Assembly (NCBI GenBank): GCA_050084985.1
Contig: JBITNC010000002.1
Coordinates: 34,472,001 to 34,536,000 of the forward strand
Length of the DNA: 64,000 bases
Direction of reading: 5' to 3'
DNA from: Nageia nagi
Lineage: Eukaryota; Plantae; Pinophyta
Shown: one piece after another, positions 40,445 to 53,715 of the stretch
How positions within the stretch are numbered: the stretch's first letter is position 1
How the letters are laid out: each line of letters starts with the position of its first letter
The notes under the pieces: generated by a model
The model's input: only the letters and a program-made list of their open reading frames with translations
Database searches by the model: none
What the model was told of the DNA's origin: nothing
Position numbers and translations under genes: made by a program

Positions 40445-42417
40445 CCCAGAGTAAGTACATGCATGCAAATAGCTACAGGTACCTATAGGTTCTAGAAAGA
40501 CGTCGTTTTGACTATATTCTAATCACTCATTGAAATTTGATCAGCAGAGGAACAAGGATGTTGAGAGTGAAAAGAGGACAAATGTATTTCAGCCTGAGAC
40601 ATCTTGTGAAGTGTGAACGGCTGAGATTGTTCTTCTGGGTGCACATGCTATGCAATAGCAAAGTTTCATGCTCCAAACTTGCAACATTCAGTGCCTTTAG
40701 CGAGAGAACCCACCAAATGATGCTTTCATGGCCCAATTTTGCTATTCTTATTAGCAACCTGGTTAGATTTTAATTAGGCAGAATACAATTGATTGTGAGC
40801 TGTGATTAAGTGGTAATACTTAAAGTTGATATTATGTGAATGATGCCTTTTAGGACTTACTAAGTAGCATAGTGATAAATGGTTAAATGTTTTCACCCGA
40901 TTACACTAAGATAAGTATGATAATTAATCTGTTCATTCTTAATGATTGTTACCATAAATGCCTTAAAAGAAGGACATTTTGCTATTTATCTTATACTAAT
41001 TTTATTCATCTTGGTTAATGACATTTGAGTTTTAGCTCCATTGTTTATATAGGTGTGTGATTGTCTAGAAAGAAAGGTGGGAAGTCAATAACTGTATATA
41101 AAATATTTGTGCTATCTTAAGGAATGAAGGTATTACGATGGGTGTAAGAAGTTGGGTCCATTTTAAGGTCGGAAAGTGGAAGTGTTTTCCTTGTTTTTTA
41201 AGTTTGGATATGATTGATCTCAAAATTTGAAGCACTTAGATATGGAATTATGAAAAATATCGCTACGATGAAAATATAGTGCTTAGAGTCTAGTTTTCAA
41301 ATATATAATTTTTCTAATACCCAGATCATAGAATTTAAAATTCGATTAGATGAACAAAAAACACTATTTAAAAAAAAACTATTTTTGGACCATACAATGC
41401 ACTTATCTGTCCACCGTAATTTGACTAAAATCAAAGTATTTTTTAAAATCCTTGTAGGCAAAGATACTTAACACATTGGATCTTAAACTGCATATTTTTT
41501 TCATTAGTATTTTTTTATTAATTTTGTACGAGGCATGTTTATGGTTTCGAAAAGTGCTCATGTTCATCCACCATAATTTGACGTAAACTTAATCTTTTTT
41601 CAATTTTTATTATTATTATTATTATAGAGAATTCTATGAAGCTTATCCCTATATAATTTAATTTTCATAACTCTCAAAAACCAAAACCTTATTAAGAAAA
41701 TATGAGACCCTCATATTTCAAGTTTATGGACTACTTTCACTAAAAATTAATAGAAAAATAAAAAATGTACTCCAATTTTAAAAAATTTGCATATTTGAAT
41801 TCGTCACTCTTTCATCTAAAACAAGTTTTAATTTTGTGAAAAAATTCAATCGAAATCACTATGAACATATGCTCGAAGTTACAATTTTGTACTAAAATCA
41901 ACCTTAGACATTTACTTGCAGGTCTAAGGCACAGGCTTGGCTCAACTAGCCTTTTTCGAGCATAAATCTAAGGCTGGTGGGCGGGTGAGGGGTGGTTGTG
42001 GGTAGGTAAAGAATTTTGAATATATCAGGATCTTGATATTTTATAGCTGTTGATATATCAAGATCTTGATATTTTATAATCGTTTAATTATTGGGATCTC
42101 GATTTGTTCGATTTAAGATTAAAAAAACAATTATCCATACATAAATGTTCTCTACATCATTCTCTTCCATTTTCATATAGTATGGCAAAGCATAACGATT
42201 TTTGTAGGAAATGAGTTGATATTATCATGCATGCATAATATTCAATTAATATACTAAGGTTATGATCTAAGGCACCTTTTTCAATCAATCTAAGGTTGAA
42301 ATAAATTTTTTACGAAGATATTGAAGGCCTTAATTTTGAAGCAATCATTGCCATTACAGTTATCTTTTTGAAGATATATAAAGTTGAATTTGTAAACTTT
42401 TCATATTGATCAACATC

Positions 42418-45400
42418 ATGGGTGATAAAAAATGCCAACAAAAGAGAGGAAGGAAGGTCATGACATCTGAAGATATTCTTGCAAAAAGAGAGAAGGATGC
42501 AAAAAGGAAAAGAGAGAGAAGAGCATAAAATAATGAACCAAATTGTAATGAAGTACATGAAAGTTCCATCCCAATTGAAGATGAGAAAATTTAAGAGAAC
42601 ATAAATGTAGATACGAATGTAGATATGAATGAAGATGATGCACCATTGAATGAACTTTCAAATTTAATGACTATGGAAATGAATGCAAGTATGTCTTTGA
42701 ATCTTTGTATCCTATTAGAGTTTTTGGTATTTTTCAACATTCTCATAGACCACTTAAAATGATAGCTCTAGCTTATGTTTTTACTTTTATTATTAGAGTA
42801 TTTTTTAGAATTTTGGTGCAAGTATACTAAATTCTATATGTAATCAAGTTATTTGACACTTCTATTAACCATCTTAAGAACCTTAATTATGAGAATAACT
42901 AATAATGGCTAATATGTAGGACCTAACAGAGTATATCCAACAATATTTACAAACATATAGTTGAATGATTGCTTCTCACAAACATATAGGAGATTAATGC
43001 ACCCACTTGACCAACAGGTTTGAAATCTTTACCAATGATTATTTGTAGGACCTTTCAAAGTTTGTCTAGAAGCGAATAGATAGATAAAATTCTTTTAGTA
43101 TCCTTTTTAAAATAAATTGGATTAATTTAGGACATATGATCAATGTTTATTCCAAAGTATTTACCAACATATAGTTGTATGATTGTTTTTATAAAAAAAT
43201 AGGAGACTAATTTAGGACCACTTAATCAATGTGATTCAACATTTTGCAAAAAGGGTTAAACATTTTACCAATGGGGTTACTTGGTTGTAGGGTTTAGAGT
43301 TTTAAGTTTGAAGGATTAAAGATTTTAAGAATTACTTATGTTTACCCATTTAATGATTAAAGGTTTAAGATTTTATCAATTTACAATAAAGGGTTTAAGA
43401 GTTTAAGGGTTTAGGGGTAGGGTTTTATAGTTTATTAGGGTTATAGTGTTTACATTTTAGTGTTAAGGTTTATAAGGTTATAAGGGTTAAAAATTTGACC
43501 AATGGGGCCAAACATGATGTTAAAGGGGTTCAAGACTTTAAGGGATAGTTGGGCTTAGGAACTTAAGATTTTAAGAGTGTAGTGGTTTAGGGAAAGTAAG
43601 GGTTTAGGGTTTAGGATTTACAATTTTAGTGTTTAGGTTTGTTTAAGGATTTAAGTGTTTTTAAGGCTTAAGGGTTTAGGGTTTACATTTTAGTGCTTAG
43701 ATTTGCTTACTTGGATTAAGGGTTTAAGGTTTAGGTTTTAAGGTTTAAGGGTTTAAGGTTTAGGTTTTCATGTCCTATAAAGGTTTGGCCAATGATTTTA
43801 AATTCAAAATTTGGCCAATGGAGTTAAACATGTGATGTCTTAAGGGTTTAAGTGTGTAGCAGTTTAGGGAAAGTAAGGGTTTAGGTTTTTAGGGTTTAAG
43901 ATTTAAGGTTTTAGTATTTAAGTTTATTTAAGAATTTAGGTATTTTTAAGGTTTAAGGGTTTAGGGTTTACATTTTAGTGCTTATATTTGCTTACTTAAC
44001 TTAAGGGTTTAGGGTTTATGTTTTAAGTTTTAAGGTTTAAGGGTTTAAGGTTCACATTTGTATGTCCTATCAACATTGGACAATGATGTTAAATTTAAAA
44101 TTTGGCCAATGGGGTTAAATATGTGATGTCCTATCAACCTTTTAATGCTCTTCAAATTAGGATAAGCATATATGTCACATAATGCCACTATATATTAATT
44201 TGTTTAAGACTTAAGGGTTTAGAACTTAAGTTTTTTATTTTCTTTGAGTTTACATAATGCTATTATATATTGGTTACTTAATTTCTTTAATTTAATTAAC
44301 TAACTATTAGTTTAATGATTGATTAAATCTTCAACAAGTCACTAATTAATTATTGTATGCTAAGTTTTTTTCATGTGTAGTAAACTTTGGTGAGCCAACC
44401 CTTAGCCTTGGAGTACCAACTATGGACACAAATACATTTATATCTTCAAACCCACATGTTAATGATATTGAGAATGAAAATATTGATAATACTGATGATA
44501 AAAATATTTTTTTTACGTATTGAATGTGATATCTTAGATAATGTTCCTAGTACGATATCTATGAGATAAATAAGAACACATGCAAATAGAATATATGATC
44601 AATTTTTTCTTAATAAGGAGCTAGGATTTCAATGTCAACTCATGTTACAATTAATGAGAATGTCTTAAATGGGAAGAGTAATGAAAAATTTAGGTGTTTG
44701 TATGAAAAAGAGGAACCCTTAAAATAAGTTATACCACTATTGCTAATGCCATGGACTCTATTAGGAAGAAGAATCATTTTAAAGACACGAATGTAGCATG
44801 ACGAGCCACAACAACTACTTTAGTAAATAGATCAACTGTAAAGGAAAAAATGATTGGTAATCTTAATGGATATCTAAATATAAACCCTAAAACTTTGCAA
44901 AGAACTATGAAGAGAAGAAAAAGCATTAAAATTGATTCAATCAACCAATGTTGAAGTTTTAGTGGTAGACTTCCTAGGTCTGATAGGAAATTCACTAATG
45001 AGATAAAAAAATGTAATTGAAAAATATTGGCAATCATCATCAATCTAATCATGCAAAACACTTTTTAGATATGACTTAATGTGAATTATACAATAAATTT
45101 GTAAATGAGAAAGTGTTAAGTAGTTTTAATATCAGCTTAAATCAAAGATTTTTTGAGAAATGCAACCATTGGTATGTTAGAATTAACAAGAAAAGAATGA
45201 CATGTTGTTGTAAAACTCATATGCAATTTAGATATTATTATAAAAAAATTTTATATATACATGGTACTTAGTATATGAACAACTTACTGTAGGGATGTGG
45301 TTTTAACATGCCACCTGAATCTATCAATGAGTTTATAGCAAATTTATTTTATCAAATTCCAAATGGTCAATCATTTTATTCATATGCATGTATTTCAAGA

Positions 45401-47052
45401 TAATGAAGTATATGTGGGAACCTTTTATTTTTAGGATAATGTGTACATGAAAGTAGTTTACATGATTTTTGAAAAATATTAGTGGATATCCAAAAATTTA
45501 AGAATGTTGAGTACGCATTGAAGGATGGAAAAACTGGGAAGCATATTGATCTAATCATTGAAAAGGTTAGTATACATACATTTATGGATGATTTTAAGAG
45601 TAACTTTATTCCAAAATATGTGAAACATTCCCAACATGCTCAATGGCTTGATAGTGAATTTTTTCAATGTAGAAACATATTCCCATATGGAACTATATTA
45701 TCAGTTGTAGACTTTGCAAAACATTATACTCTAACACTATAAGAAATACAGTCTCAATATTATAATTCTCAACAAGTTTCCATTTTTATTCATAATGTAT
45801 ATAGACATGATAGTACAGAAGATAATAAAAAAGTTTTATGGGAGTACCATTTTTATGTAAGTGATAACATATTGCACTCACCAAAGTTTATCCAATTTTG
45901 CTTTGAGATATTTTACACAAATTTGAAGGAATGAAATATTCATATGGCACAACATTTGATATGGTTAGATAATTTTACAGGGAAATTTAAGAATGCATGC
46001 ATGTTTTATTGGTTAATTAGGATGCACAGAGAACATAATATCCAACATATATGGTCATTTTTGAATCTGTACATGGTAAAGGTGAACATGATGGAGCTGG
46101 TGCATGTGTTAAAAGAGCTCTTGCTAGAGAACAACTTAAATTTGTAGATTCAATGAAATTTCAATATGCATGTGCAATTATGGATTGGTGTAATGCAAAT
46201 ATATCTACCAAATCAAAAGAGAATTCTACAGTTCAATGATTCTTTTGGTTAGTTGAAGAAAATAATATTACTAGTCATCATGATTGTGAGACAATTAATG
46301 GATCAATGAAATGGCATTCATTTAGGAGTTCAAATACAAGCACATGGATTATTTGGACAAGGGAGCTTGCATGTTTTTATGATTCTTGTATTGTAGGTGA
46401 ATTAGAAGCATGTATAAATACAAAATAGGTTGAGGAATGAAAAAAAAGATCTTTAACACCTACAAGAGCGCATGATGAACAAGATTTATTTATTGAATAT
46501 GAGAATCAATTATTTGCATTAGAGGACTATGATTAGGTTTTTGACCTTGTACAATAAGGTAATTTAAAATTTATTTTTTATTAGTTTATTTATATGAATG
46601 CTCTTTTTTGTATATATTTAACTAGTTTTATATGTCATACTTAATTGATATAAAATTTATTTGCAAGACATGTGTATGCTATTATGGAACCTGAAGGGAA
46701 TGAAGAGGAATTAGAATAATTGTTGGCTCAATGTGTTGAAAAAAAACATAAGTTAACTTATCCTTGATGTGATGATGATGGGTTTGAGTTCCCAACAAGT
46801 TCCATGGTTTTTGTTGGTACATGGATACAAAAAATAGTATCAACAAGGAATGGTCTGAGAGTATATAAAGATTATGAACCAAACAAGAAAATTATTCACT
46901 ATTTGCATTTGATACAAGCAATAAATATTAAACTATTTAGATATAAAGGGAGGCCTACTAATAGAGTGTTGTGGAAATATTCAATGCAAGAACATGAGGA
47001 GATTATGAATGCATTACATGAAATAGAGGATGTAGATGGTATCAATGATTAA
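42418..47052 (+). pseudogene. Decayed spliced DDD/E transposase, Sola2-like
   Basis: Putative exons 42418-42688 (MGDKKCQQKRGRK...KRKRERR), 44381-46558 and ~46667-47052. Motifs: FFEKC..WYV...TCCCKTH, LSVVDFAKHYTL, EIQSQYY..QQVSIFIH, YHFYVSD...HS, HLIWLDNFTGKFKN and FESVHGKGEHDGAGACVKRAL (ORFs 45482, 45944, 46051, 46804). Multiple stops and frameshifts. Confidence 0.8.
43270..44220 (+). repeat. Degenerate telomere-like (TTTAGGG/TTTAAGGG) repeats, including a ~300 bp tandem duplication
   Basis: For example GGGTTTAGGGTTTAGG at ~43600, ~43672, ~43957 and ~44005. The segment 43500-43810 is similar to 43815-44120. Confidence 0.85.
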
Positions 47053-47059
47053 AAAATAT

Positions 47060-48617
47060 AGGTAGGCTTATCTATTCTTCTTCACCTCCCCTTCATATCC
47101 ACTTCCCCTTCTCCTTCACCACTTCATCTCCACTTCCCCTTCCCCTTCATAACTTCATCTCCACTTCCCCTTCCTCTTCATCACTTCATCTCCACTTCAC
47201 CTATGCACTTTTATCGCCACTTCCCCTTCTCCTTCACCCCTACGCCCCTTCATCTCCACTTCCCTTACCTTCTCCTTCACCCCTATGCCCCTTCATATCA
47301 ACTTCCCTTGCCTTCTCCTTCACCCCTATGCCCCTTTAGCTCACCCCTTTAGTTCCACTTCCTCCTTTCCTTCACCACTACACCACATCATCTCCACTTC
47401 CCCTTTTCCTATGAGATGCACCTAAAGTGGAGCCTCCCATTATCTACGATAAAACATGTAAAGGTGTTTACATTTGAAATTAAGTATCCATATATAATTT
47501 AAATTAATTTAGAAATACATAAATTACATACATATTAAACACACTAAAAATATGGTAAATGTATCTCTCTCTTAGTAAGATCAACATTATCCATGGACAT
47601 CATCTCTATATAAGACACCCTAGGACTAGCTAAAGTGGGAACAACACAAAAAATGTCACAACTAGGACAAAAATGAAGTATAAATCCACTAACTCTAGCA
47701 TCATCTCTATGCTCACTAACATTAGCTACCGTAGCTTATTCAGTGAGAGTCTAGGTCACCTAACTCAATACTCCTAATGCCAAAATAATTTCCTGATGAA
47801 AAGCTAGGGCAAGAACAAAAGGAGTAGGAGGAGGGATGAGTGGTGTAGGATGTGTGGGTCGACTTGGATTAACCCATGCTCCAATTCTATTTTTTCCCGA
47901 GCCATGACCAATCCCTTGATTACATCTCATATCAAAATAATTCACATGTTTTCCTAAAATACACTCAACATATATTTTTTCCAAAAATATAAAGGTACAT
48001 CAAAATTGGAATGTGGTGGTTTATTAAACATCATCCACCATTGACACCAAAAATTTTCAACTATCATAGGATGGATGCATCAGTCATAGGGAATTCTTTC
48101 TTTGTTAGGTAGGATGGATTTTTTGGTAGATGGATCAATGAAAAGTGGAGAAAGGGTGACTTTGGTAATACCTAACTTATTCACCTCTCGAGTGGAGAGA
48201 CCATTTGAATAATATTGTCTCATGCGATCTCTCCATGACTTGAAACCATGCATATCACCATCACCACTACTAATGGTATCAACTACAATTTGAATCAAAT
48301 ATACAAACCATATAACATGGCTTAGAGAGCTATGAATACTTTGAATATGGTGAATCTTTTCTTGTAACTAGTTAATGTCATGAGCAATTGCATCTTAATG
48401 TTGCTCATCAACACAAATGGGTTGGGGTAGGGTTGGTGGTGTGAGGGGTAGAGATGGAGAGGGTGGTGTGGGTGGAGGATTAACATGTGGTGAGGGTGGA
48501 GTATTTACATGTGGAGGGGGTGAATTATGTGGGATATTTTGGGTGACATCATCCAGTGTCTGATATATGTCATGATAAAATTCTTGGGATGATTGGGCCA
48601 TGATATGAAAAGACACC
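47060..48617 (-). pseudogene. Decayed unknown protein gene inside the transposon, convergent with the transposase
   Basis: ORFs 48395-48622 and 48080-48298 share a frame, separated only by a TAA and a TAG. ORF 47760-47984 follows after a 1-nt shift. There is an acceptor-like TTTGCAG at ~48618, a Pro-rich N-part, an aromatic core (FWCQWW, PLYFLEKIYVECILG..VNY) and a Cys-rich FCPSCDIFC. A probable last exon is formed by G/E-rich repeats at ~47440-47070. Confidence 0.6.
47075..47410. repeat. CT-rich low-complexity tandem repeat (~30-45 bp units)
   Basis: CTTCATCTCCACTTCCCCTT(C)TCCTTCA recurs about 8 times. Confidence 0.85.
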
Positions 48618-51600
48618 TGCAAACATTATTGCAATAACATCAAAATAAAAATAAACTCACTATCACATATGCCATAACATTAGGCAATATGATGTCATGT
48701 ACATGTTTAACAATAAATACAATAAATATGCAAGGAAATCATGTACATGGGTTGAATTTGTGAACATATTTAGAACTAAAATTATAGATATTTATCTAAA
48801 CTACTATTATCAATAAGAAGGAAGTTTGAAATAAACTTTCTCTGCTTGATCAATAGTCTAAGTGCTACAAATAACCTACTCCAACACTATATTTTAAGTA
48901 GGAAGTTAAACCATATGGAACTTGGTAAATTTTTATAGGAAATATGTCTATAACTTCAATGAAATACATATGCATACATCATGTGACTATATTTGAAAGA
49001 TGAACCCTCCTAGGACCTTTAATTATTATATTTCATAATTAATTTTATGAAGATATTACCTATGTCCCCTAGGATTATTTTTTTCTTGCCTAATAATATT
49101 TGTTGACAATACAACAAATAGGTTTTTGACACATCTTCCAAAATGAAATGAAATACTTGTTAAAAATAAAAAATATCATTAATTTCTAAGTTTACACATT
49201 TTACCTTGAATTCCAAAGGTACTAGGAAGATTCATGTAAGTCGTTGGAAAGAATAAGTTTGAAGGCATAATTCCAAATGTTATACTGTTGATGCTAAGTT
49301 AGAGTGTGAAAAGGTTTGGAAGAGATCCTAAAATTCCTTTTTGATTGCTATAAAACATGATTAAGCATCTTAAAATATAAAATTTTACCAATAGATATTC
49401 TTAAAAATTGCATAAGAAATAAAAATGCATAAATAAAGTCCAAATCCAAGAGATCTACCATGTATTTGTTGATGGTTTTTGATAGATTCTATTTAACTTA
49501 AAGGAAGCTTCAATATATCATGCATTTAGATCAATTCCATTGATTAAATCCTCAAATCAATTTATACGGGTATGAATTTGAGTTCAATTAATTGGAAAGA
49601 TATTGGCATAAGGTTCTCATAAATTTTTGTTTATGATAGTATGCTTGAAGATCTTTACATCCTATAGAAAAACAAAATAGTTAATTATATTAAATAAGTT
49701 ATTCTTCAAGAAACTCTAGGAAAGAGTGAAGCTCTTTTTATTAAAAAAAAGCATAAGGTTAAGGCTCAAGAAAATGGGACAAAAGAAAATGATCAAGATT
49801 AAAAAAAGTGATAAACTCAAGGATAGGAAGGGATATTATTATCATGTCTAGTCAAATCATAAGGAGAAGAAAATTTTGAAGAAAATAAATGACCTCCAAA
49901 ATGAGATAGAGAAAATGAATGGTATGTCATCCAAGGGGGATTCCTCTAGTAACATTATGATAGAAAGGACCTCTCATGAAGAGTAAGTAATACTTTTCTA
50001 TTCTTATGGAACTAGAATGTTTTCTATGAATGAGGATTTACATCCATCAAAATATTTTATTTTTAAATAAAAAATTTAAAACCATCTAGATTTCAAGATA
50101 ACATTTATTATATAATTTATATTATATTCATTTTCAAATTAATGTGGTTAATCTTAGGAGATTTATAAAAGTATCAATGTTATTTAGATTAACTTAGATA
50201 TATTAAAGATATATCTAGAAAATGTATTATAGTTTATTTTACAAGGGATGAAAACCATTTAAGAAAGTGAATTATATGGATTAACCACACCTTAAGAAGT
50301 TGAAGTAGGAAGGCCACATGAAAATAAAATTATGAATCTCATTAAATTTCATAAGAAATTACAAGTTAGTGAGTTTAAGGTTGATAAAAGGTAGAAAACC
50401 AAAAGTATAGATGAAATATTAAAGGTATCACTCAAGGAGAGAGGCACTAAGAATAATCCATGGGGTAAAGAACCTAAGCTTGGTATCAAGAAGCTATAAA
50501 AACATCTAAAAGATATATTTTAGATGTGTAACTAATATACAAAATATGGTTATTTATCTAGATGGTACCAAAACCACAAATATTAAAGAAGTGTAATAAA
50601 AAGCAACTGCAAAAAATATTATTGTTGGATAAATTCAAGCATAGAAAATGAGAATGCAAATACATTTAGCAGCATGGAGGAAGATTTCATCTTGTATTTG
50701 TAATATTATTTTTTAATTCTTATATTATAAATGTGCTTTTAGTTTTTATTTCTTACTCAACATAAAGGGAGAGAATATTATAATATGTGATATTGAGTGT
50801 TCATATGTGATCATGATACTTATTAATCACCATTAAAAAAAATTATTTATTATAAATATATTTTTTGTAATTGAAGGGGTTATGACTAGATGAAGATTAT
50901 GGAATCATAAATAGACATCCACAAGCTTGTAACACATTCTATATTATGTTGATGACTAATGTACTAAATGTAAATATAGTAGTTAGGTGTTTATAATATG
51001 GAAAATAACAATTATTTATAAATTTTATTTATTATGTTGACAATAATAGATATATGTGATCCTTCAACTAAGTATGCAAACTACTTTAAAATTAGTTGTT
51101 ATAGTTTTTAATCATATAGAAAATGGCATGGATATAAAGAGTTGAGATAGATCACTTTACAAGTGTGGAATGATAATAAGAGAGAAATTGTAAGCCCTTA
51201 GAAATATATTAAATGTGAGACTAGATGAAAAAAATAAGTGTATACTTATATTATTAGTTAAGAACTATGAGATGTAGTTTATGAGTAATATGGAGACTTT
51301 AAAATGAAAACTATATTGGATTCAAATGATTTTTTATATTTTAAGAGCAATTAATTAGTACATTGATTTAGATTCTTCTAACAATATGACCACATGAACA
51401 AGAGTTCATTTTTTACCATAAACATAGCAACAATGGTCATTTTGATATGAAAATAACTAATAATGAGGTTCTCATAATTATCAAAACTAGATATTTCAAG
51501 AATAAATATGGACATATTCAATATGTCTTCTATGTACAAAAATTAGAAATAATATATTAATATAAATCTCTTATCTAACATTCAACTAGAACCTAAATAT

Positions 51601-52234
51601 GATTAAGCATCTTAAAATCTAAAATTTTACCCATAAATATTCTTAAAAATTGCATAAGAAATAAAAATGCACAAAGAAAGGAATCCAAGAGATCTACTAT
51701 GTAAATATAAAATTATAGATAGTACTTAATTTCATATTTTCTAACAATAGTTAAATCCTTGAATCCTCTTTGAAATTTATCCTATTAGTTGATTATTTTA
51801 GAGGTATTCATAATTGCCTTGGATATTTTTTGAGGATAGGACCAAATGTTCTTGATGATACTCAAGACTATTTCCATACATTAAATGAACCATAGAAGGA
51901 TTTGAAAGGAATAATATAGGAATTATTACCTTTTGGAAATAAGTGAGGGTTACAAACCCATAGATTCTAGGCAGTGATAAAATATTATATGTTATTTTAT
52001 ACAAATATTGATAACATGTATTTGTTGATGGTTTTTGATATATTATACTATAAGTTAAATGAAGCTTCAACATCTCATGCATTTGTATTTTTTGATGGTT
52101 TTGCTAGATAATATGTTTGATGATCTTTACATCCTATAGATATAAAAAAATAGTGAATTATATTAAATAAGTTATTCATCAACCAACTTTTGGAAAGAGT
52201 GAAGCTATTTTCATAAAAAAAAGCATAAGGTTAC

Positions 52235-52930
52235 TTGGCTTAGGAAAGTATAATTATTCACTTATTTCTCCTTTAAGGAGTTGATTATGTAAGAATTCAT
52301 CTATTTTGTAAGGAGTGTTAGAATATCAGGGAGAAACTTTTTTAATTACCTATTCTTCTACTATCTCTTTAAACCCAATCAAATTTTCAAAATAGTGAAT
52401 TTCATGAATCTCTAATTTCAAAGATGTCATCTTTTAAGGATGCATTTTCCTTAATAATTTCTATAATCATATTAAAGCTTTAATGTCTTGATGTTTTTGT
52501 ATGAAATAATTTGATGTTGTCATTCACATCCTTTAACTATAAGGCTTATCATTTATAGCTCCAAAAGGACTCCTCATAGGCTAAGGTATTGTATAATATG
52601 CTAGGAGTTATTTTTTCTTCTCTCTAGTTTTAACTACAAGAAGACCCTCCTCTATAATTATCTCAATATTAGATAACTGATACTTTAGGTCTAATTTCCT
52701 TTGAAACAGTTTCTTGAAAATAGTTCTATTCTATCATTTTAAAATGATTTTGATAAATTTAAGATTTTTAATACAACTTATGAGATTAAAGGCTCTAAAA
52801 CTCCTACTTCAACCATTATTCTATGTGAGGCTCAAGGTTTTCATGTTTCAACCATATTTATTCAAAATGAGGACGGATATTAAACTATTTGCTAGGAATC
52901 ATATATTTTGAACTTGCCTTACAAAACGTG
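52235..52930 (-). mobile_element. L1-type LINE ORF2 remnant (endonuclease-RT linker) nested in the transposon
   Basis: The minus strand reads PHFE*IWLKHENLEPHIE*W...KNLKFIK...LFQRK...AYEESFWSYK**AL*LKDVNDNIKLFH, matching the plant L1 motifs PFRFE.MW and EE.FW.QKSR..WLK.GD.NTK.FH. Confidence 0.65.
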
Positions 52931-53459
52931 CTTAGAATAACATCTCTAAAATAAGGTTAATTGGTGGGTTGTTTCTTCCCTCCACCCATAGCTAAGGTTA
53001 ATTGGGTTTAGTTCTAAGTTACTTCTTTAGTAGTTTCTCCCACTCTAATTTTCTATTATGAAGGTCATCTATAAACTTTAGATCATAACCAACATCTATT
53101 GCTCTATTTTTACTACTAGTTATTCAAATTGAACTACTTCACTCCTTTCTAGAATTCATTTCTTTTAGGGAGTTATTTTGCACCTCTTCCACTCCTCCTA
53201 TAGATTATGATTTCCCCACTTGGTAAGAATCTAATCATTTATAATTGTATATAGATTTCTTTACATTCCTAGATGTCATTTTGGATTTTAGTCTCCAAGT
53301 CATCCTCATGGTCATATAGAAAATCAAACATATTTGTAACATATAACTTATTTAAAATTTAAAAAATTAGTCAAAAGAGGGGTAAGTATCCTCATGCTAA
53401 AGATAAAGGAGGATCCCTTGGAGTCTCACCCAAAGGATTTGAGTCAAGGGATGGAAGTT

Positions 53460-53715
53460 AACTGGTTTATCTTAACAAATTTAAGAAAAGGAAAAAAGGA
53501 TTTTAACCAAAAAAAACCCTACTTTTTTTATTATTTTATCTTACAAAATTAAGAAAAAAAAATGGATTTTAACAAAAAAAACCTGCTTTTTAACTGTTTT
53601 ATCTTAACAAATTTAAGGAAAAAAAAAGGATTTTAACCAAAAAAAAAAAACCTTACTTTTTAATTGATTTATCTTGACAAATTTAAGAAAAAAAGTATTT
53701 TAAGCAAAAAAAACA
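53460..53715. repeat. ~65 bp A-rich tandem repeat x4
   Basis: TTTATCTTAACAAATTTAAGAAAA..GGATTTTAACCAAAAAAAACC occurs four times. Confidence 0.85.

Noticed and set aside
40527-40773. Overlapping ORFs just downstream of the MATE stop
   Set aside because: They show no recognisable domain and most likely fall in the 3' UTR or flank.
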